DNA from: Euprymna scolopes
Taxonomy: Eukaryota
Reading direction: 5' to 3' (one strand)
Assembly: GCA_053919585.1 (NCBI GenBank)
Contig: CM132788.1
Length of the DNA stretch: 64,000 nucleotides
Shown piece by piece: positions 22,905 to 32,512 of this stretch. A program made the position numbers and the translations under genes. Under the pieces are notes generated by a model. That model saw only the letters and a list, made by a program, of their open reading frames with translations. It was not told the origin of the DNA and ran no database searches. Position 1 is the stretch's first letter. Each line of letters starts with the position of its first letter.

Positions 22905-24085
22905 AAATGCGGTTGACCGTACAACCAAATGTGGCCCAATGACGTAGCCCCTTTTAAGGGAGCTGGGGGCTGCTACATTAATAACCCCTATATCTAGCTT
23001 CTAACCTTGTGCCTGACTTTGTGATGCAGTTATAAACGTTTCATGCAGGTGTTTTTTTGGGTTTGGGAACGTTAGATCATGTCGGTTGGGTTTGAGTGAC
23101 AGGTGTTATGAAACTTTTAAAGGTCAGATTTACACGCGGATATCTGAAGTTGAAAACTAAAACATTGTGTGAAAAGCATGCTTCTCTCTCTCTCTCTCTC
23201 TCTCTCATTCTCTCACTCTTTCTTTCTCTATTTCTCTCATTGACTTCCTTTCTCTCTCTTTCAATGAAGAAAGAGAGAAATTAAATATAATTTGATTGTT
23301 GTAAAGACAGTTGAGATTTGCTCGCCGTACGCGATGGGTCGACTAAATATGTTTCCTAACTTGTTAACTGTTTAATAAATTATCTATATTTTTATAAAAT
23401 GTATCTTGTCGCTGTTTTTATACAAGTGTTCGATTTCAGCATACCATTAATGCCGACGACAGAAAGCTGCACTGAACACGCAACAAGCGACGATGGGAAG
23501 ATGCCTGCAATGACCACACATAATGCGACCCATACCAAACAGTTATAGCCGACGACGGATCGACCCGTTATCGTTGTGTTTCCAGCATGTGTCTATCGTT
23601 TAGATATTGTTGGATATCGTTCATTCCCCGTGGAGCTGGTTGCATTCCCAAGACGTTCATCAACCAAGTAACCCTTCTGGGGAGCGATAGTACTACATTG
23701 TTGCCGTTAATCCAGGATTGTTTCTCGCATGAGAAACAAGCACGACCCTATGGGAAAATCCACGGACACAAGGAAAAAAAAATCAACCACTAGACAAATA
23801 AAAATCCACGGACACAAAAACTAAAGAAAAGAAACACAAGATTAGTCAGTCAAAGTCCAGGGAAACACAACAACGAAGAACTCAACTCAAAAACAGCCAC
23901 TTCAACCCAGCATCTACAGAAAAAAAGACACCTGAACTCTTAAGAAAAACTAAGGTAGGTGACTATTTTCTCTGCTCTTTTTGTTACTCTGCAAATTTTT
24001 TGGTTTTAATAATTTGTAAAAATTATTTTGTGGATAGAGCTTTTTGTTTAAACGTCGGCTATTTAAAAATATACATTTAGACAAA

Positions 24086-26140
24086 ATGGCTAACACAAAC
24101 CAAGCCCCATTTAACAGAATCCTCACAGGTGGATCGAAGATCCCAATCTTTACTGGAAAACCATCCGACTTTGGTCCATGGCTAGCAGCTCTGAAAAAGA
24201 AAGAGCGGATCTACCAGCTTACAGACCCCGAGCTAGTAAACCTAGCGTATGATTTTACGGACGGACTAGTATCGGAAATGATCGGAGAATTTCTCGATGA
24301 TCATCCGAACTGCACCAGTAAGGATCTGCTCGATCAAATAGCAGCCCAGTACGGCGAGTTTACAAATGCTGCCGACGCTGCTCGGGCTTTAATAAGAATA
24401 AAGCAAGATCGAGGTGAGGTACTCGCCGATTTAGCAAGTAGGATGAATAAAATTGCTAAGTTAGCCTATAGGGACGCAGAGATGAGGGAAGGTCCAGCTG
24501 TGCAAGTGCACTTAGCTGAGTTCTTCATAGATGCGTTAAATAACTCCTTTATCAAGGAGGATGTGGTCAGATCGAATCCGACGACATTATCGGAGGCCTT
24601 GTCTGCTGCTAGACAAAGCGAAATGCTTTATGAACGACTCCAAAGTGGCCACAAGAAGGAGCAGGCTTTCTTAAATAATAGCTTTAACAGGTATCAGGGA
24701 CCAAAGGGGGCTCCAATTAGATTTAGGGTACCCAAATCCGAACCTAACAGTAGCTGTAACGCTGTAAGATATAAGTTTTGTGGGTGTGCTTCAGCAAGAC
24801 TGCAGCGAGGGCGTTCCAGCTATAATAGGCTAGAAAGAGACTGGCAATGCGCACCTGAAGAAAGATTAAATAACTTCACTTCAGGAAAAAGCAAGGTCAA
24901 GTTACACTCGAAACCCACTCACCACCGACCGCCACAGAGGTCAAACACACGGACATGCAACCATGACAAACCCTCAAAGAAAGGAGTAACCCTGGGAAGA
25001 ATAAACACCAGAGGTCATGGATGTCTGGAAAGCCGTGAGAGCAGACCTAAACGGGCCCACCAAAAGAATAAATCGGTCAAGAAAACTCGGGAAAATAAAG
25101 AGACCCAAAGAAATAAAATCCACAACCAGAGCTCCGGAATGGAGTGTATAGTTAAAATAAGAGGTAGACCGATAGAGGCATTGATCGACACTGGATCGGA
25201 AGTCTCGCTCCTCAAAACATCAGTTTTTGAAGAGTTAAAAACGCATAAAGGAGAGTTAAGGGATTCTAACCTAACAGTTACTCTCGCAAACGGGCAAAGA
25301 ATGCCACTGAAAAGCATGGTCCATTTGCCTATTAAAATTAAGAAGGTGCAAACTTTATCTAGGTTTTATATCACCCCAGACTTAGATCGGGAGTTGATAT
25401 TAGGTGCAGATTGGTTAGAAAGGAACCACGCCCAAATAACCTTCCACCCTAACCAACTAACGGTTAAAGGGATGAACATACCACTTGTTAATAATACCAG
25501 TGATAGAGTCAAGTTATCGCCATGCACTGCATCGACGAGCACTGTTAGAGTAATTTCTAAAAAACAAAACAAGAATCCACCCCGTCAACATCGATCTCCA
25601 GTCCGAAAAAGGAAACCTGTATCAGAGGCAATTAAAGTATGCCCCGAGCTATCCACACCACAGGTACCTGTGAATCGTAAAAGCCTCAGAAAAACTGCCG
25701 GCTTTTCACAAGACTTTTCCTTTCGGAAAAAGAATGAGTTTTTAATGACTAATTCCTTCACACAAAAATCCAAGAACTCTCAACCGCGTAGAAAATATCT
25801 GGATAACCCACAACTTACAGAATTCCCGAATTCACCCCTGTCCAACATTATTAGCAGAAGCCGACTACAAAACAAAAAACTTTTGAAAACGGCCAAGAAA
25901 TTTAAAAATAAAAAGAAAGAAAATATATATACAGAGGAGCAAAGAGAAATTGTCACCAACACACACACCCACGCGCGTGCGCGCATAAAGAAAAATGTTG
26001 ACAAATTCAAAACAAGCAAAGCTTCACAAAAAGTCAATGAAAAATCAAATGACTATAAAACGAAACAGCGAACGACTAACGTTTTTCGAAAAAGAAGATA
26101 CAACAAATTGATCAAATATTATATTAAAAAAAAAAAATGA
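24086..26140 (+). CDS. Gag-aspartic protease polyprotein with basic C-terminal tail, copy 1
   Basis: Open 684-codon frame from ATG 24086. Capsid-like IPIFTGKPSDFGPWL..IKQDRGE..FFIDAL; protease ALIDTGSEVSLL..ILGADWL. Confidence 0.85.
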   Translation: MANTNQAPFNRILTGGSKIPIFTGKPSDFGPWLAALKKKERIYQLTDPELVNLAYDFTDGLVSEMIGEFLDDHPNCTSKDLLDQIAAQYGEFTNAADAARALIRIKQDRGEVLADLASRMNKIAKLAYRDAEMREGPAVQVHLAEFFIDALNNSFIKEDVVRSNPTTLSEALSAARQSEMLYERLQSGHKKEQAFLNNSFNRYQGPKGAPIRFRVPKSEPNSSCNAVRYKFCGCASARLQRGRSSYNRLERDWQCAPEERLNNFTSGKSKVKLHSKPTHHRPPQRSNTRTCNHDKPSKKGVTLGRINTRGHGCLESRESRPKRAHQKNKSVKKTRENKETQRNKIHNQSSGMECIVKIRGRPIEALIDTGSEVSLLKTSVFEELKTHKGELRDSNLTVTLANGQRMPLKSMVHLPIKIKKVQTLSRFYITPDLDRELILGADWLERNHAQITFHPNQLTVKGMNIPLVNNTSDRVKLSPCTASTSTVRVISKKQNKNPPRQHRSPVRKRKPVSEAIKVCPELSTPQVPVNRKSLRKTAGFSQDFSFRKKNEFLMTNSFTQKSKNSQPRRKYLDNPQLTEFPNSPLSNIISRSRLQNKKLLKTAKKFKNKKKENIYTEEQREIVTNTHTHARARIKKNVDKFKTSKASQKVNEKSNDYKTKQRTTNVFRKRRYNKLIKYYIKKKK

Positions 26141-27570
26141 TCAAAAGATTGAATGCTTCGGGAGAAAAATGTCCATAAAATTGAATGAGAAAAAAATTTA
26201 ACAGGGGAAGATAAAGGGTTTTCAAAATAAATAAAATAATATTTTATTAAAAATAAAAAATGATCTAAAGAATTAATGCTTAAAAAAAAGGTGATTAATA
26301 CTTGAGAATAACTGAGAGAAGAGAAAAAGATTTTAAAATAATCATTGTGCCAATGACCCGATGATATGACATTTGCCAGTCAGAGCAAAGGTCACAAAAA
26401 GGGAGGGACGAGATGTGGCACAATGACGTAGCCCCTTTTAAGGGAGCTGGGGGCTGCTACATTAATAACCCCTATATCTAGCTTCTAACCTTGTGCCTGA
26501 CTTTGTGATGCAGTTATAAACGTTTCATGCAGGTGTTTTTTGGGTTTGGGAACGTTAGATCATGTCGGTTGGGTTTGAGTGACAGGTGTTATGAAACTTT
26601 TAAAGGTCAGATTTACACGCGGATATCTGAAGTTGAAAACTAAAACATTGTGTGAAAAGCATGCTTCTCTCTCTCTCTCTCTCTCTCTCTCATTCTCTCA
26701 CTCTTTCTTTCTCTATTTCTCTCATTGACTTCCTTTCTCTCTCTTTCAATGAAGAAAGAGAGAAATTAAATATAATTTGATTGTTGTAAAGACAGTTGAG
26801 ATTTGCTCGCCGTACGCGATGGGTCGACTAAATATGTTTCCTAACTTGTTAACTGTTTAATAAATTATCTATATTTTTATAAAATGTATCTTGTCGCTGT
26901 TTTTATACAAGTGTTCGATTTCAGCATACCATTAATGCCGACGACAGAAAGCTGCACTGAACACGCAACAAGCGACGATGGGAAGATGCCTGCAATGACC
27001 ACACATAATGCGACCCATACCAAACAGTTATAGCCGACGACGGATCGACCCGTTATCGTTGTGTTTCCAGCATGTGTCTATCGTTTAGATATTGTTGGAT
27101 ATCGTTCATTCCCCGTGGAGCTGGTTGCATTCCCAAGACGTTCATCAACCAAGTAACCCTTCTGGGGAGCGATAGTACTACATTGTTGCCGTTAATCCAG
27201 GATTGTTTCTCGCATGAGAAACAAGCACGACCCTATGGGAAAATCCACGGACACAAGGAAAAAAAAATCAACCACTAGACAAATAAAAATCCACGGACAC
27301 AAAAACTAAAGAAAAGAAACACAAGATTAGTCAGTCAAAGTCCAGGGAAACACAACAACGAAGAACTCAACTCAAAAACAGCCACTTCAACCCAGCATCT
27401 ACAGAAAAAAAGACACCTGAACTCTTAAGAAAAACTAAGGTAGGTGACTATTTTCTCTGCTCTTTTTGTTACTCTGCAAATTTTTTGGTTTTAATAATTT
27501 GTAAAAATTATTTTGTGGATAGAGCTTTTTGTTTAAACGTCGGCTATTTAAAAATATACATTTAGACAAA

Positions 27571-29625
27571 ATGGCTAACACAAACCAAGCCCCATTTAAC
27601 AGAATCCTCACAGGTGGATCGAAGATCCCAATCTTTACTGGAAAACCATCCGACTTTGGTCCATGGCTAGCAGCTCTGAAAAAGAAAGAGCGGATCTACC
27701 AGCTTACAGACCCCGAGCTAGTAAACCTAGCGTATGATTTTACGGACGGACTAGTATCGGAAATGATCGGAGAATTTCTCGATGATCATCCGAACTGCAC
27801 CAGTAAGGATCTGCTCGATCAAATAGCAGCCCAGTACGGCGAGTTTACAAATGCTGCCGACGCTGCTCGGGCTTTAATAAGAATAAAGCAAGATCGAGGT
27901 GAGGTACTCGCCGATTTAGCAAGTAGGATGAATAAAATTGCTAAGTTAGCCTATAGGGACGCAGAGATGAGGGAAGGTCCAGCTGTGCAAGTGCACTTAG
28001 CTGAGTTCTTCATAGATGCGTTAAATAACTCCTTTATCAAGGAGGATGTGGTCAGATCGAATCCGACGACATTATCGGAGGCCTTGTCTGCTGCTAGACA
28101 AAGCGAAATGCTTTATGAACGACTCCAAAGTGGCCACAAGAAGGAGCAGGCTTTCTTAAATAATAGCTTTAACAGGTATCAGGGACCAAAGGGGGCTCCA
28201 ATTAGATTTAGGGTACCCAAATCCGAACCTAACAGTAGCTGTAACGCTGTAAGATATAAGTTTTGTGGGTGTGCTTCAGCAAGACTGCAGCGAGGGCGTT
28301 CCAGCTATAATAGGCTAGAAAGAGACTGGCAATGCGCACCTGAAGAAAGATTAAATAACTTCACTTCAGGAAAAAGCAAGGTCAAGTTACACTCGAAACC
28401 CACTCACCACCGACCGCCACAGAGGTCAAACACACGGACATGCAACCATGACAAACCCTCAAAGAAAGGAGTAACCCTGGGAAGAATAAACACCAGAGGT
28501 CATGGATGTCTGGAAAGCCGTGAGAGCAGACCTAAACGGGCCCACCAAAAGAATAAATCGGTCAAGAAAACTCGGGAAAATAAAGAGACCCAAAGAAATA
28601 AAATCCACAACCAGAGCTCCGGAATGGAGTGTATAGTTAAAATAAGAGGTAGACCGATAGAGGCATTGATCGACACTGGATCGGAAGTCTCGCTCCTCAA
28701 AACATCAGTTTTTGAAGAGTTAAAAACGCATAAAGGAGAGTTAAGGGATTCTAACCTAACAGTTACTCTCGCAAACGGGCAAAGAATGCCACTGAAAAGC
28801 ATGGTCCATTTGCCTATTAAAATTAAGAAGGTGCAAACTTTATCTAGGTTTTATATCACCCCAGACTTAGATCGGGAGTTGATATTAGGTGCAGATTGGT
28901 TAGAAAGGAACCACGCCCAAATAACCTTCCACCCTAACCAACTAACGGTTAAAGGGATGAACATACCACTTGTTAATAATACCAGTGATAGAGTCAAGTT
29001 ATCGCCATGCACTGCATCGACGAGCACTGTTAGAGTAATTTCTAAAAAACAAAACAAGAATCCACCCCGTCAACATCGATCTCCAGTCCGAAAAAGGAAA
29101 CCTGTATCAGAGGCAATTAAAGTATGCCCCGAGCTATCCACACCACAGGTACCTGTGAATCGTAAAAGCCTCAGAAAAACTGCCGGCTTTTCACAAGACT
29201 TTTCCTTTCGGAAAAAGAATGAGTTTTTAATGACTAATTCCTTCACACAAAAATCCAAGAACTCTCAACCGCGTAGAAAATATCTGGATAACCCACAACT
29301 TACAGAATTCCCGAATTCACCCCTGTCCAACATTATTAGCAGAAGCCGACTACAAAACAAAAAACTTTTGAAAACGGCCAAGAAATTTAAAAATAAAAAG
29401 AAAGAAAATATATATACAGAGGAGCAAAGAGAAATTGTCACCAACACACACACCCACGCGCGTGCGCGCATAAAGAAAAATGTTGACAAATTCAAAACAA
29501 GCAAAGCTTCACAAAAAGTCAATGAAAAATCAAATGACTATAAAACGAAACAGCGAACGACTAACGTTTTTCGAAAAAGAAGATACAACAAATTGATCAA
29601 ATATTATATTAAAAAAAAAAAATGA
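27571..29625 (+). CDS. Gag-aspartic protease polyprotein, copy 2 (identical protein)
   Basis: Translation identical to 24086-26140 in the ORF track. Confidence 0.85.
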   Translation: MANTNQAPFNRILTGGSKIPIFTGKPSDFGPWLAALKKKERIYQLTDPELVNLAYDFTDGLVSEMIGEFLDDHPNCTSKDLLDQIAAQYGEFTNAADAARALIRIKQDRGEVLADLASRMNKIAKLAYRDAEMREGPAVQVHLAEFFIDALNNSFIKEDVVRSNPTTLSEALSAARQSEMLYERLQSGHKKEQAFLNNSFNRYQGPKGAPIRFRVPKSEPNSSCNAVRYKFCGCASARLQRGRSSYNRLERDWQCAPEERLNNFTSGKSKVKLHSKPTHHRPPQRSNTRTCNHDKPSKKGVTLGRINTRGHGCLESRESRPKRAHQKNKSVKKTRENKETQRNKIHNQSSGMECIVKIRGRPIEALIDTGSEVSLLKTSVFEELKTHKGELRDSNLTVTLANGQRMPLKSMVHLPIKIKKVQTLSRFYITPDLDRELILGADWLERNHAQITFHPNQLTVKGMNIPLVNNTSDRVKLSPCTASTSTVRVISKKQNKNPPRQHRSPVRKRKPVSEAIKVCPELSTPQVPVNRKSLRKTAGFSQDFSFRKKNEFLMTNSFTQKSKNSQPRRKYLDNPQLTEFPNSPLSNIISRSRLQNKKLLKTAKKFKNKKKENIYTEEQREIVTNTHTHARARIKKNVDKFKTSKASQKVNEKSNDYKTKQRTTNVFRKRRYNKLIKYYIKKKK

Positions 29626-31007
29626 TCAAAAGATTGAATGCTTCGGGAGAAAAATGTCCATAAAATTGAATGAGAAAAAAATTTAACAGGGGAAGATAAA
29701 GGGTTTTCAAAATAAATAAAATAATATTTTATTAAAAATAAAAAATGATCTAAAGAATTAATGCTTAAAAAAAAGGTGATTAATACTTGAGAATAACTGA
29801 GAGAAGAGAAAAAGATTTTAAAATAATCATTGTGCCAATGACCCGATGATATGACATTTGCCAGTCAGAGCAAAGGTCACAAAAAGGGAGGGACGAGATG
29901 TGGCACAATGACGTAGCCCCTTTTAAGGGAGCTGGGGGCTGCTACATTAATAACCCCTATATCTAGCTTCTAACCTTGTGCCTGACTTTGTGATGCAGTT
30001 ATAAACGTTTCATGCAGGTGTTTTTTGGGTTTGGGAACGTTAGATCATGTCGGTTGGGTTTGAGTGACAGGTGTTATGAAACTTTTAAAGGTCAGATTTA
30101 CACGCGGATATCTGAAGTTGAAAACTAAAACATTGTGTGAAAAGCATGCTTCTCTCTCTCTCTCTCTCTCTCATTCTCTCACTCTTTCTTTCTCTATTTC
30201 TCTCATTGACTTCCTTTCTCTCTCTTTCAATGAAGAAAGAGAGAAATTAAATATAATTTGATTGTTGTAAAGACAGTTGAGATTTGCTCGCCGTACGCGA
30301 TGGGTCGACTAAATATGTTTCCTAACTTGTTAACTGTTTAATAAATTATCTATATTTTTATAAAATGTATCTTGTCGCTGTTTTTATACAAGTGTTCGAT
30401 TTCAGCATACCATTAATGCCGACGACAGAAAGCTGCACTGAACACGCAACAAGCGACGATGGGAAGATGCCTGCAATGACCACACATAATGCGACCCGTA
30501 CCAAACAGTTATAGCCGACGACGGATCGACCCGTTCTCGTTGTGTTTCCAGCATGTGTCTATCGTTTAGATATTGTTGGATATCGTTCATTCCCCGTGGA
30601 GCTGGTTGCATTCCCAAGACGTTCATCAACCAAGTAACCCTTCTGGGGAGCGATAGTACTACATAATATTAGACACAATACAAAGGAAGGAAAGAGCAAA
30701 GACAAAGAAGAATGACAAAACACAGAGATGTCAGTTTAAAAAGGTAGGAACCGTCTCTTTTATTGACAACCAAAAATGTGAGATCGTTAGGCCAAAAAAA
30801 AAAAAAAAAAAAAAAAAATAAAGATAGATCACAAGATCATGAACTGGATGTCAGAGGACACTGTTGAGCTGGACGTCAGTGGATTCCTAGAGGTAGGCGT
30901 CAGCGGGCTGCTGATCAAGACCTCAGTGGATACTGCAAGGGAGCGTCAGCGGGCTGCTGAGCTGGACATCAGTGGATACTGGAGGCAGAAACCGATTGTT
31001 GGTAGGC

Positions 31008-32080
31008 TCAATGGACAAAAATCAGAGGCCTGCAGTATTAATGCTGGAGTCCCTCAAGGGTCAATCCTGGGCACAACTCTCTTCCTGATCTACATCAATG
31101 ATCTCTCAAAACACATACTTAAATCATTCGTTGACATCCATGCTGATGACACGACTATCTACAGCAACACATCAAAGGCTGTAAATGACAAAGTTCTCTC
31201 TGATTCTCTTTCCTCTGATCTCGAGCACGTGGTTCAGTGGGGGAAGAGGTGGCTGGTCACTTTTAATTCATCCAAAACCAAGCTTCTATCTTTACATCAT
31301 CAACGCTCTGATCCCCATCTGGCATCAATTGAAATGGATGGCTCTCGTCTAGGAGAAGCCCCATGTTTTGACAAGCTTCTGGGTTTGTCCTTTACTCCTG
31401 ATCTTAAATGGAACACGTACATCAAGTCTGTTGCCAAGGTCGCTGGAAAGATGGTGGGATCCTTCTACCGCTCTAGAAGATATCTCACTACTGATGCAAT
31501 TCTCTATCTATATTAAAGCCAAGTACGTCCAAGGATGGAATACTGCTGCCATATCTGGGCAGGAGCTGCTAAAAACAGCCTATCCTGCCTTGACAGAGTA
31601 CAAAATAGACTTCGTGGCTTAGTGGGGGATGCCCTTTTCTCTTCCCTGCAACCTCTCTCCCACAGAAGAGACGTTGCGAGCCTATCCTTGTTTTATCGTT
31701 ATTTCCATGGCAGGTGCTCGTCTGAACTCCAATCTCTGGTCCCCCCTCGCCAATCTTTCACGAAAAACTCTCGTCTAGCTGAATCCACTGTCAAAAATTT
31801 TCCCCACTCTTTATCTGTGCCTAAATCAAAACGAAGATTCCATGAACAAAGCTTATTTCTTATAACTGCACGCCTGTGGAACTCTGTTCCGTCTGCCTGC
31901 TTCCCACCTGACTACAACCTGGATGTCTTCAAGTCCAACGTAAGCAAATTCCTAATGAACCGCCCCCTTAAGTAAACACTTCAATAACTAACGTACTGTA
32001 CTTGCAATAGCCCTTATTCCTGAGTGGCTTCCAGGCCTTGATAAGTGGTGACCACCGTGTAAAAAAAAAGCAAAAAAAAA
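31008..32080 (+). mobile_element. 5'-truncated CR1/L2-group LINE with A-rich tail
   Basis: GVPQGSILG, HADDTT, MEYCCHIWAG, HRRDVASL motifs; short 3' UTR ending GTGTAAAAAAAAAGCAAAAAAAAA. Confidence 0.9.
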
Positions 32081-32512
32081 GCCCGACATTGACTGGCACT
32101 GAAAGGGATAGCTTGACAGCTATCGGCACTGGAACTGGCAACCAGACATCGACACGCTCTAGTATAGTAGCCTGACGTCGACCAGCACTGGAAGGCTGCA
32201 GGTGGCACCAAGGGCTGGAAGAAAGACCTGGAGGAGTAGGCAACCGTCTCAGCGGCTTTTCAGCATGCAGGCAGCGAAAGAAGAAAAACTTTCCGAAGGT
32301 TAGCCCTGAAAAAAAAACTTTCTGAGTCTGAGGAAAAACTGTAGCCCTTAAAAGAACTGTTTGTGGAAAACCTTCTGAGTCTGAGTTTGTGGAAAAATTT
32401 GAAGAACTGCTGCTGAGAGCTTTGACTGGCCGTGCCAAAGTGTTGACTCCCCTCTGCTGGAATTACCAAATGGCAGGAGACATGCTGTATTTATGAAATC
32501 GTATTGTTACAA

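Larger units (their letters stand above)
22930..30663 (+). mobile_element. Tandem LTR-int-LTR-int-LTR non-autonomous element D encoding Gag+protease only
   Basis: Three ~767-bp TG..CA LTRs (22930-23697, 26414-27182, 29899-30663), period ~3485. PPT AAAAAGGGAGGGACGAGA before LTR2 and LTR3. Degenerate tRNA-His-like PBS TGTTGCCGT after LTR1 and LTR2. No RT/RH/IN motifs. Confidence 0.92.

Noticed and set aside
23587-23793. Small ORFs in and around the LTRs of element D as accessory or env genes
   Set aside because: Short, cross LTR boundaries or change with (CT)n length; no signal peptide or fusion-protein features.
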